Under the pieces are notes generated by a model. The model saw only the letters and a program-made list of their open reading frames with translations, made no database searches and was not told the origin of the DNA. Below, in pieces: positions 1 to 11,465 of a stretch of 64,000 bases of DNA (its first letter is position 1; each line of letters opens with the position of its first letter). The translations under genes were made by a program, and so were the position numbers. Origin of the DNA: an uncultured Acidobacteriota bacterium (GTDB lineage Bacteria; Acidobacteriota; Vicinamibacteria; Vicinamibacterales; JAKQTR01); contig CAWFQE010000013.1 of the NCBI GenBank assembly GCA_963817885.1, forward strand, positions 240,178 to 304,177, in the 5' to 3' direction.

Positions 1-1
1 G

Positions 2-193
2 CTGCTGAAACGAAAAGGGGTCCGGCCGTTCGACGCCCTGGGTACCGATTTCGATCCCCACCTGCACCAGGCCGTCACCTCCGAGCCGAGCCCGGACCAC
101 CGAGAGGGCGAAGTGATCGAAGAATTGCGGAAGGGCTATTTCCTGGGCGAGCGGCTGCTGAGGCCTGCCATGGTGAAGGTGGCCCGGGCGTGA
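2..193 (+). CDS. grpE: Nucleotide exchange factor GrpE, C-terminal part (5' truncated by window)
   Basis: Frame 2 reads ...FDPHLHQAV...GEVIEELRKGYFLGERLLRPAMVKVARA*; TGA 191-193 overlaps the dnaJ GTG (GTGA). Confidence 0.93.
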   Translation: MLKRKGVRPFDALGTDFDPHLHQAVTSEPSPDHREGEVIEELRKGYFLGERLLRPAMVKVARA

Positions 194-1338
194 GCAAGCG
201 CGATTACTACGACGTGCTGGGCGTTGCACGCGCGGCAACCGACCAGGAAATCAAGAGCGCCTACCGCAAGCTGGCGCTGCAACATCATCCGGATCGCAAC
301 GCCGGAGACAAGGCCGCCGAAGAGAAGTTCAAGGAGGCGGCCGAAGCCTACGCCGTTCTGGCCGATCGCGAGCGGCGCGCGGCCTACGACCGGTTCGGCC
401 ACGCAGGTGTTGGCGGCGCGGCCGGCCCCGGAGGCTTCGATCCGACCATCTTCTCGGATTTCGACGACATCCTCGGTGGCCTGGGCGACTTCTTCGGCTT
501 TGGCGATATTTTCGGCGGCGGCCGGCGAAGGCGAGGACCACAGCGGGGCGCGGACCTGCGGTACGATCTCGAAATCTCCTTCGAGGAATCGGCCCGCGGG
601 CTCGAAACGAGCATCCAGATTCCGAGGGTCGAGGCCTGCGAAGGATGCGGGGGCTCGGGCGCCGCGCCCGGCACCCAGTCGAGCAGGTGCCCGCAGTGCC
701 ACGGCCGCGGACAGGTCAGATACCAGCAGGGCTTCCTCGTCGTCGCGCGCACCTGCGGGCAATGCCAGGGAACGGGAACCATCATCGCGTCGCCCTGCAT
801 CAAGTGCCGCGGCACGGGACAGGTGCCCCGCGAGCGCAAGCTCACGGTGAAGATCCCGGCCGGCATCGCGTCGGGCCAGCGCCTTCGCCTGGTGGGTGAA
901 GGCGAGACCGGCGCGCTCGGCGGCCCGCCGGGCGATCTCTACGTCGTGGTCCAGGTTCAGGATCATGAGTTCTTCCGGCGGGAGGGCGACGACCTCATCT
1001 GCGAAGTCGCGGTGGGCTTCCCCACCCTGGTGCTCGGGGGCGAGATCAAGGTCGCCACGCTCGACGGCGAGACCTCCCTTCGAATTCCGGAAGGCACGGA
1101 AGCGGCCACGGTCTTCCGCCTGCGCGGGAAAGGCGTGCCCAACGTCAACGGACACGGACGCGGCGATCTCCACGTGGTCGTGCAGGTCAAGACGCCGAAG
1201 AAGCTCACGCGCGAGCAGCGATCGGCCCTCGAGCAGTTTGCGAAACTGCTCCCTGCCGAAAAGGCCGAAGCCCGCTCGATGGAACGCGAGTCCGATGATC
1301 GGGGCGTCTTCGGACGCGTCAAGGACCTCTTCAGCTAG
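190..1338 (+). CDS. dnaJ: Chaperone DnaJ
   Basis: J-domain with HPD, G/F-rich region, four CxxCxGxG zinc-finger repeats, C-terminal domain. Confidence 0.98.
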   Translation: MSKRDYYDVLGVARAATDQEIKSAYRKLALQHHPDRNAGDKAAEEKFKEAAEAYAVLADRERRAAYDRFGHAGVGGAAGPGGFDPTIFSDFDDILGGLGDFFGFGDIFGGGRRRRGPQRGADLRYDLEISFEESARGLETSIQIPRVEACEGCGGSGAAPGTQSSRCPQCHGRGQVRYQQGFLVVARTCGQCQGTGTIIASPCIKCRGTGQVPRERKLTVKIPAGIASGQRLRLVGEGETGALGGPPGDLYVVVQVQDHEFFRREGDDLICEVAVGFPTLVLGGEIKVATLDGETSLRIPEGTEAATVFRLRGKGVPNVNGHGRGDLHVVVQVKTPKKLTREQRSALEQFAKLLPAEKAEARSMERESDDRGVFGRVKDLFS

Positions 1339-1396
1339 GGCCGTGCCGATCTCGTCTCCCTCGACACCAGGCCTCGGGAGCCACGGGAACTGATCC

Positions 1397-2263
1397 ATGA
1401 GCAGCCCTGCGCCCGTGTGGCCGGCCCTCGAGCTGATCTTTCCGCCCGACGAACCCGGCCCGGTCTCGAACCAGGACCTCGCGCTCGCCGCACTCGACGG
1501 GCTCGAGCTGGTCGCCATCGAGGAGCTGACGCCGTCCGAGTGGCGTGTGTGCTTCCGCCGCGCCGTCGACCGGGACGCCGCCCGGCACGCGCTTTCAGAG
1601 GCCGCCGGCCTCAGCGTCGGCCTGCACGAGGTCGATGTCGAGGACGAGGACTGGGCCCGCCGCAGCCAGGCGGACATCCGATCGGTTCGGGTGGGCCGAT
1701 TCGTGATCGCTCCGCCGTGGGACGTGCCCGTCGGCCAGGCAGATGGGGACGTGGTGCTCGTCATCGAGCCGTCGATGGGATTCGGCACAGGCCACCACGC
1801 CTCGACTCGACTGTGCCTGGCGGCCCTTCAGCACATCGAAATCACGAACAGGCAGGTTCTCGACGTGGGCACGGGATCGGGGATCCTGGCCATGGCCGCC
1901 GCGCGCCTGGGTGCCTCGACGGTGACGGCGCTGGACATCGACCCGGATGCGATCTCTTCGGCCCGCGACAACCTGGTGTTGAACGGGCTGTCGGCGTCGA
2001 TCGAGTTGCGGGAGCTGGATTTCCGGAACGAGCGGCTCCCCCTGGCCGACGTCGTCGTTGCCAATCTGACCGGCGGCATGCTCTCGATGTCGGCGCCGCA
2101 GCTACTGGCCACCTGCAGGGCGGGCGGCAGCCTGATCGTGAGCGGCGTGCTGCGAACGGAAGAGGCCGAAGTCGTCGCGGCGTTCGGCGACCGCACGAGC
2201 ATCGGATGGCGCGGGACCGAAGACGAGTGGGTTGGCCTCGTGCTGATGAAGGCACGCGACTGA
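1397..2263 (+). CDS. prmA: Ribosomal protein L11 methyltransferase
   Basis: IEPSMGFGTGHHAST, VLDVGTGSGIL SAM motif; follows dnaJ. Confidence 0.93.
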   Translation: MSSPAPVWPALELIFPPDEPGPVSNQDLALAALDGLELVAIEELTPSEWRVCFRRAVDRDAARHALSEAAGLSVGLHEVDVEDEDWARRSQADIRSVRVGRFVIAPPWDVPVGQADGDVVLVIEPSMGFGTGHHASTRLCLAALQHIEITNRQVLDVGTGSGILAMAAARLGASTVTALDIDPDAISSARDNLVLNGLSASIELRELDFRNERLPLADVVVANLTGGMLSMSAPQLLATCRAGGSLIVSGVLRTEEAEVVAAFGDRTSIGWRGTEDEWVGLVLMKARD

Positions 2264-2286
2264 CCGATTTCGCGTCCGGCCCGCTG

Positions 2287-3032
2287 CTACAGATCACCCC
2301 ACAGGCTTTGCAGGACGGCGATGGCGACAAGCGGGGCTGCGTCCGCTCGAAGGGTCCGCCGTCCAAGCGTCAGCGTCACGCAGCCGTGTCGCCGCGCCGA
2401 TTCCACCTCGTCTTCCGTCCACCCGCCCTCAGGCCCGACCACGGCCAGCACGGAGTCAGGCACGGGCGCGGAGCGCAGCGCTTCCAACCCGGATGAGCTG
2501 TCGCTGGCGCCGGGCTCGACCAGCAGGATTCGCAGCGCCGACTGGTCCCGCTCGAGGCACTGGTCGAGGGAGCACGGCTGGCGCACCTCGGCCACCACGG
2601 CGCGCCCGCACTGCTTGACCGAGGCGACGGCGATTCGCTGCCATCGCTCGACGCGAAGCTGGCCCTGGAAGGCCCGCGGCGGCACGTCGGTGCGCGTGGT
2701 CAGCAGCGGCTGGATCGCCGAGACTCCCAGCATCACGGCATCCCTGACGACAGCGTCGAGCTTGTCGGCCTTGAGCACGGCCTGGGCGAGCGTCATCGCT
2801 CACGCGCGGTTCGGGCGCGGGCTCGACCCGGGCCGTCGGCTCGACGACGACCTCTCCGCGGCGCACCGAGGCAACGCGTGCTTCAACTTCCAGGCCGTGG
2901 CCGTCGAACACGCGGACCGCGTCACCGGCGCCAAGCCGCAGCACCCGCGTCAAGTGCAGGGCCTCCTGATCCGGCAGTCTGACCAGACCCAGGTCGGCGC
3001 GCAGCGCGGGGGCGTAGAATCGAGGCAGCCAT
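2287..3032 (-). CDS. rsmE: 16S rRNA m3U1498 methyltransferase RsmE (frameshifted near 2800 and near the start, probably sequence errors)
   Basis: N-part LPRFY...[15 protein letters not shown] in ORF 2456-3049; C-part VGPEGGWT...[13 protein letters not shown] in ORF 2287-2796. ATG at 3032 lies 6 nt after TATAAT. Confidence 0.88.
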
Positions 3033-3038
3033 GCGGCA

Positions 3039-3062
3039 ATTATAGTCAAGCCGATCTATACT
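3039..3062. promoter_or_regulatory. Back-to-back divergent -10 elements (TATAAT minus 3039-3044; TATACT plus 3057-3062)
   Basis: AT-rich hexamers in the 45-bp gap between divergent rsmE and kinase genes. Confidence 0.6.
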
Positions 3063-3077
3063 CCGGGTTGGCCGCGC

Positions 3078-4070
3078 ATGTTCTTTCGCGGACAGACCAT
3101 CGGCAAGTACAAGATCCTCTCAGCCCTGGGCAGCGGCGGGTTCGGCAGCGTCTACCTTGCCGAGGACACCTGGATCGGCAAGAAGGTCGCCATCAAGGTG
3201 CCGCACCGCCAGAACGTCGGACTTCGGCGAGCTGCTGCGCGAGCCCCGCCTGCTGGCCAGCCTGAGCCACCCGAACATCGTGTCGGTGCTGACGGCCGAG
3301 AAGCAGGACAACGTCTTCTTCATCGTGATGGAGTACGTCGCGGGCGAAACGCTCGAGAACATCATCGTGCGCGACGGCGCGATCGATCTGCACCGGGCGC
3401 TCGACTTCACGTGCCAGATCTGCAACGCGGTCGATCATGCGCACGGCCAGGGCGTCATCCACCGCGACCTGCGGCCGGCCAACGTGCTGATCACCGGCAG
3501 CGGCATGGTCAAGGTGGCCGACTTCGGCACGTCGCGGTTCCTCGAGCTGGCGGCCCACGGCACGACCGTGATCGGCAGCCCTCCCTACATGGCGCCCGAG
3601 CAGTTCCACGGCAAGGCGACCTTCGCCTCGGACATCTACTCGCTCGGCGTCACGATGTACCAGATGCTGACCGGCGCGCTGCCGTATCAGACGCCGGCGC
3701 CGGCCGATCTGGACAGGCTGATGAGCGGCGAGCTGGTCTCGCCGCCCCGGCTCGCGCAACGCGAGGATTCCGAAGGCGCATCAACGACATCATCCTGAAG
3801 GCGATGGCGCCCGACGTGACCGCCCGCTACCAGCGCGCCGGCGAGCTGCTCGCCGACCTGCTGCGGCTGCGGAGCAGGTCTCGCGCCAGGCGGACCGCAC
3901 GGGCGCAGCGCCCGGCCGGCCGTGACGCTCGCCCCGGAGACGCCGCCGGGACCTCAGCCTCAATCCCGTCCTGGGAACGGGACACGCCGCAGCCGCGGTT
4001 CTGCTGGCACTGTCACAAGCCGCTGCACGCGCGGTCGGACCGGTGCCCGTTCTGCGGCGAGGCACAGTAG
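3078..4070 (+). CDS. Hanks-type Ser/Thr protein kinase with C-terminal zinc ribbon (several apparent +1 frameshifts)
   Basis: [37 protein letters not shown] split across frames; ends [23 protein letters not shown]. Confidence 0.88.
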   Translation: MFFRGQTIGKYKILSALGSGGFGSVYLAEDTWIGKKVAIKVPHRQNVGLRRAAARAPPAGQPEPPEHRVGADGREAGQRLLHRDGVRRGRNAREHHRARRRDRSAPGARLHVPDLQRGRSCARPGRHPPRPAAGQRADHRQRHGQGGRLRHVAVPRAGGPRHDRDRQPSLHGARAVPRQGDLRLGHLLARRHDVPDADRRAAVSDAGAGRSGQADERRAGLAAPARATRGFRRRINDIILKAMAPDVTARYQRAGELLADLLRLRSRSRARRTARAQRPAGRDARPGDAAGTSASIPSWERDTPQPRFCWHCHKPLHARSDRCPFCGEAQ

Positions 4071-4093
4071 AATACGCGTTCAAGGAGACATTC

Positions 4094-5037
4094 ATGGCCT
4101 TTACCGGCACGGGCAAAGTCTGGATCAACGGGACGCTGGTCGACTGGGCCGACGCCAAGATCCATATCGCGTCGCACGTCATTCACTACGGCAGCGCCGT
4201 GTTCGAGGGGGCGCGCTGCTATGACACCGCCCAGGGCTCGGCGTGTTTCCGCCTGAACGCGCACAACACGCGCCTGATCAACTCCGCCAAGATCTACCGG
4301 ATGGACTGCGGGTACACGCTCGAACAGATCGAACAGCGCCGTCATCGAGACCATCAAGGCCAACGACTTCAAGGCGTGCTACATCCGGCCCATCGTCTAT
4401 CGCGGCTACGCGGCGCTCGGCGTGAACCCGTTCCCGTGCCCGGTCGACACGGCCATCCTGGTCTGGGAGTGGGGCGCCTACCTCGGCACCGACGCCGCTC
4501 GAGAAGGGCGTCGACGTCAAGGTCAGCTCGTGGACGCGCATGGCGCCCGACACGTTCCCGTCGCTCGCCAAGAGCAGCGCGAACTACGCCAACGCCGCGC
4601 TCATCAAGATGGAGGCGATCGTCGACGGGTACGCGGAGGGCGTGGCGCTCGACAGCTTCGGGTTCGTCAGCGAGGGCAGCGGCCAGAACATCTTCGTCGT
4701 GCGCGACGGCGTGCTCTACACGCCGCCGATGACCGCCTCGATCCTGCCCGGCATCACGCGCGACTCGGTGATCACGATCGCGCGAGGCCTCGGGTTACAA
4801 GGTCCGCGAGGAGATGATCCCGCGCGAGATGCTCTACATCGCCGACGAGGTCTTCTTCGCGGGCACCGCGGTCGAGATCACCCCGGTCCGCTCGGTCGAT
4901 CGCATCCAGATCGGCGCGGGCGCGCGCGGGCCCGATCACGCACCAGATTCAGCAGGCGTTCTTCGACATCGTCACCGGCCAGCGCTCCGACACGTACGAC
5001 TGGCTGACCTACCTGGATGGCGGCGCCGAGGGGCTGA
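4094..5037 (+). CDS. ilvE: Branched-chain amino acid aminotransferase (several apparent +1 frameshifts)
   Basis: RBS AAGGAG; [51 protein letters not shown] in successive frames. Confidence 0.9.
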
Positions 5038-5039
5038 GT

Positions 5040-6202
5040 ATGCACGTCAACGATCTGCTGCGAATCGCCGTCGAGCAGGGCGCGTCCGACCTTCACCTGA
5101 AGGTCGGCAGCTTCCCCATGATTCGGGTCGGCGGGCAGCTGGTGCCCGCCCTGCAGGACAAGCGGCTGACGCACGAGGACACGGTGGCGATGGCGGCGGC
5201 CGTCATGTCGGCGCCGCTGCGGGAGCGGTTCAAGGAAGCGCAGGAAGTCGACCTCGCCTACAGCGTGCCGGGCCTCGGACGCTTCCGGTGCAACGTGTTC
5301 CAGCAGCGCGGCACGATCGGCCTCGTGCTGCGCGTCATCCCGATGCAGATCCGGTCGATCGAGGAGCTCGGCCTGCCGACCGTGCTCTGACAAGATCGCC
5401 TCGGAAGAGCGCGGTCTGGTGCTCGTCACCGGCACGACCGGCAGCGGCAAGAGCACCACGCTGGCGGCGATGATCGATCACATCAACCGCAACCGGTGCG
5501 TCCACGTGATGACGGTCGAGGACCCGATCGAGTTCCTCCACCGCGACCACCTGGCGGTGATCAACCAGCGCGAGGTGCTGACCGACACCCGGGGCTTCGC
5601 CTATGCGCTGCGCAGCGCCCTGCGGCAGGACCCGGACGTCATCCTGGTCGGCGAGATGCGCGACTTCGAGACGATCGAGACGGCGCTGCTCGCGGCCGAG
5701 ACCGGGCACCTGGTGTTCTCGACGCTGCACACCCTGGATGCGACCGAGACGATCAACCGCATCATCGCGGTCTTCCCGCCCGCACCAGCAGAAGCAGGTC
5801 CGCCTGCAGCTGGCGAGCGTGCTCAAGGCCATCATCTCCCAGCGCCTGGTGCCCCGGGCCGACGGCGACGGCCGCTGCCCGGCCGTCGAGGTGCTCATCG
5901 CGACGCCGTTCATCCGCGACTGCATCGTCGACAAGGAGAAGACGCACCTCATCCAGGGCGCCATCGCCGCCGGCACGTCGCAGTACGGCATGCAGACGTT
6001 CGACCAGTCGCTGCTCGGCCTGCTGCAGCAGAAGAAGATCACCTACGACGAGGCGCTGCGTTGGGCCAGCAACGTCGACGAGTTCAAGCTGAAGGTCCAG
6101 GGCATCAGCACGGTCGGCGACGAGGCCCGCGATCAGATGGCCCGCACGGTGACGGGCGGCGGCGGCCCGATGCCCGACATCACGCAGCTTCTCGCGGCGT
6201 GA
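5040..6202 (+). CDS. pilT: Type IV pilus retraction ATPase PilT family (frameshifts near 5388 and 5780)
   Basis: [17 protein letters not shown], Walker [47 protein letters not shown]. Confidence 0.92.
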
Positions 6203-6211
6203 CCCGTTCCG

Positions 6212-6818
6212 ATGTTCCCGCGCGCCCCGCGACCCCGCCGCGCGCGGCCCGGCGGACCGCCGCCGGGCGATGATCCCAGCGCTCCTGTCGCCCGAGCAGC
6301 GCCGCCCGATCGGCCTACGCGACGGGCTTGCGCATGCTGGCCAGTCGCGAACTGTCGGAGCGCCGCGTCGCGCGATCGGCTGACGCGCACGGGGTTATCC
6401 CGCACGACGCCGTCGACCACGCCGCGGCGCGAACTGCGCGCGTCCGGAGCGCTCGACGACACAGCGCGCGGTGCGGGCCTGCGCGCGCACCCTCGTGCTG
6501 GTCCGGCGTCGCGGACGCCTGCGCGCCCGCCGCGAGCTGGAGCAGATGGGTTTCCGTCCGGCTCGTTGGTCGCCGTCCGTGCTCGACGAAATCCTCGATG
6601 CCCACAGCGGAGCAGGGCTTGCTCGATCACGCCGTGACCCGCCAGGTGCGCGGGCCGGAACGCCAACCTCGCCGATCCCGCCGTGTTCCGCCGCGTCCAG
6701 GGCGTCGCTCATTCGCCGCGGCTTCAGCCCGTCGCGCGTCCGCGCCGCCCTGCTCGCGCGCCTCAAGGGCCACGTGCCGGAGGAGATCGACTCCGACGCC
6801 GCGAGCGCGCCCGATTGA
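6212..6818 (+). CDS. recX: Recombination regulator RecX (multiply frameshifted; start uncertain)
   Basis: Fragments [42 protein letters not shown] in different frames; lies directly upstream of alaS. Confidence 0.72.
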
Positions 6819-6854
6819 GTCGACGAGTGAGGGCCCGGCCTGATGAATCTCGGC

Positions 6855-6863
6855 TGATACAAT
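6855..6863 (+). promoter_or_regulatory. Extended -10 (TGaTACAAT) 7 nt before alaS ATG, likely leaderless
   Basis: tgatacaat-agtccgc-ATG with no SD in between. Confidence 0.65.
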
Positions 6864-6870
6864 AGTCCGC

Positions 6871-9562
<2,692 letters not shown>

Positions 9563-9632
9563 CGCGCCAGGGCCGGCTTGGGGGCGGCCCGAATGCCGGG
9601 GCGCATGAACACTACTGCGACGGAGTCCTTGC

Positions 9633-9640
9633 GCCGATAA
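9633..9640 (+). promoter_or_regulatory. Possible sigma28-type -10 element GCCGATAA
   Basis: Perfect FliA -10 consensus about 60 nt upstream of the transglycosylase gene; the -35 match is poor. Confidence 0.35.
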
Positions 9641-9703
9641 CCAGGGTAGCGCACCAGCCGGGCGACCCGCCCGACGTGTATGCGCCCGAGTGCCCGAGTG
9701 AGC

Positions 9704-10408
9704 ATGCCACTGACCCGCATCCTGCCTGCCGTGGCCACCGTGGCGGTCTTCCTGCTCGGAGCGGCGTGGCCCGCCCGAGCCGACATCTACTCGTGCCGTG
9801 ACGACTCCGGCCAGCTCATGCTCTCCAATCGGCCGCTCTCCGGAAACGGCTGCACCGTCGTCGGCGGACCGTCGGCCGGCGTTCGGACCGCGCGCCCTGC
9901 CCAGGACCTCTACCCCAGCTCCTACGACGAGCACATCGAGCGGTATTCCAGGGACTACGGCGTCCGCCCCAACCTTGTGCGCGCGGTGATCCAGGTGGAG
10001 TCCGCCTACAATCCGCGGGCGGTCTCGCCAAAAGGCGCGATGGGCCTGATGCAGCTCATGCCGCAGACGGCCGCGGAGCACGGCGTCCGATTCCCGTTCA
10101 ATCCCGAGGACAATATCCGGGGCGGCGTCGCCTACCTGCGGTCGCTGCTCGACCGGTACAGCGGCAACGAGGAACTCTCGCTGGCGGCGTACAACGCCGG
10201 GCCCAGCGCCGTGGAGAAATACGGCAACACGGTTCCGCCCTACCGCGAGACGCAGCAGTATGTCAGCCGCGTCCGGAAAGCCTCGCCGGGGCTCTCATCC
10301 GGCGGACGGGTCGTCTACAAGTGGGTTGAGATGGTGGACGGCCGGCCGATTCCCAAGTACTCCAACACGAAACCCTCGTCCGGCCCGTACGAAATCCTGC
10401 AGCGGTAG
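9704..10408 (+). CDS. Secreted lytic transglycosylase (SLT domain)
   Basis: Signal peptide (ARA-D), VIQVES, AVSPKGAMGLMQLMP, LAAYNAG, ETQQYV. Confidence 0.92.
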   Translation: MPLTRILPAVATVAVFLLGAAWPARADIYSCRDDSGQLMLSNRPLSGNGCTVVGGPSAGVRTARPAQDLYPSSYDEHIERYSRDYGVRPNLVRAVIQVESAYNPRAVSPKGAMGLMQLMPQTAAEHGVRFPFNPEDNIRGGVAYLRSLLDRYSGNEELSLAAYNAGPSAVEKYGNTVPPYRETQQYVSRVRKASPGLSSGGRVVYKWVEMVDGRPIPKYSNTKPSSGPYEILQR

Positions 10409-10460
10409 AAGACCCGCCTCAGCGCCCGGCTGGCGCCCCGATTCCTGATCTGCCAGGCAT

Positions 10461-11132
10461 TCAGTTGCTGGCGGCCACCGCGTGCCACGGCTCGGTGGCG
10501 CGGCACGCTGCGTGGTGGCCAATGCCCTCCGGCGCGTAGATCTCCGATGTGTCGAGCACGGGCGGTTCCAGCAGGGCGGCCGGAAGCGACAGCAGCCCGC
10601 TCACGACCCACGGGCAGAACCTGCGGCCCGACTCCCTGGCAATCAGGATCCGCGCGGCGTCGACCGAGAGCGTCTCGCGGTAGCATCTCGGGCTGGTGAT
10701 GGCGTCGAACATGTCCATGACGCTGACGATCCGGACGGTCCAGTGCACCGCGCCCTGGGCCGACCCGTCAGGGTAGCCGGCCCCGTCCCACCGCTCGTGG
10801 TGGCACAGCACCACGCCGCACACTTCTTCGTCGAACCCTGCGCGGTGAGCGATTTCCATCCCCAGCTCGGGGTGAATCCTCAACTCCTGCCATTCGCGCT
10901 CGTTCGGACGCGCCGGCTTGCTGAGAATCCGTGCCGGCACGAGCATCTTGCCGACGTCGTGGAGCAACGCGCCGAGGCGAATCGTCTCGATGGCGTGCTG
11001 GTCCACGCCGAACTGCGTGGCGAGCCGGGTCGCATAGACCGCGACGCGGCGCGAATGGGCGGCGACCGAGGGGCGCGCCTGCTGCAATGTGGAGAAGATG
11101 GGCTCGATTCTGCCGAGATCGGTCTGGAGCAT
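10461..11132 (-). CDS. Stand-alone HD-GYP cyclic-dinucleotide phosphodiesterase
   Basis: HSRRV, LLHDVGK, HHERWDGAGYP, DMFDAIT.PR.YR; start placed at ATG 11132, downstream of the sigma54 site (the ORF extends to 11294). Confidence 0.88.
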   Translation of the reverse strand: MLQTDLGRIEPIFSTLQQARPSVAAHSRRVAVYATRLATQFGVDQHAIETIRLGALLHDVGKMLVPARILSKPARPNEREWQELRIHPELGMEIAHRAGFDEEVCGVVLCHHERWDGAGYPDGSAQGAVHWTVRIVSVMDMFDAITSPRCYRETLSVDAARILIARESGRRFCPWVVSGLLSLPAALLEPPVLDTSEIYAPEGIGHHAACRATEPWHAVAASN

Positions 11133-11217
11133 TGGCACCACGCGCGCGTCCCTGAGGAGATCTCGCCGTCCGCGCACCGCGCGCGGAAGCGTCCGGGACT
11201 TCCGTTCAGCCATCTTC

Positions 11218-11232
11218 GCAATGGCGATGCCA
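11218..11232 (-). promoter_or_regulatory. Sigma54 (-24/-12) promoter
   Basis: Minus strand TGGCATCGCCATTGC, an exact GG-N10-GC spacing, upstream of the HD-GYP gene. Confidence 0.7.
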
Positions 11233-11465
11233 CCGGGATCGGGCGCTCCGGCGTTCGCGGGCCCGCACGCGGCTGCACAGCATGGCAGTTGCACGGGCGA
11301 ATTCGCCGTTTGTGGCAGCTACACTTCTTGGAGCGGCGACACGCGAATCGTGTGGGCTGTGAGAAGCGGTGTGAAAGCCGTCATCGCTTGCGCGGATCGT
11401 CGGCGAACCGCCACCAGGCGTCGACGCTGGCGTCGGCCGGCCGTTCCAACGTAAGATCCCGCGAC

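Noticed and set aside
4940-5390. IlvE-PilT fusion protein
   Set aside because: The in-frame read-through lies in the indel-rich zone; removing one base puts TGA 5035-5037 in frame, just before the pilT ATG.
11140-11450. c-di-GMP riboswitch upstream of the HD-GYP gene
   Set aside because: No class I or II consensus motifs were recognisable; a sigma54 site explains the region.
10482-11465. N-terminal extension making the RM protein 1280 aa
   Set aside because: It is the antisense shadow of the HD-GYP gene; the family N-terminus and a -10 element point to ATG 11466.
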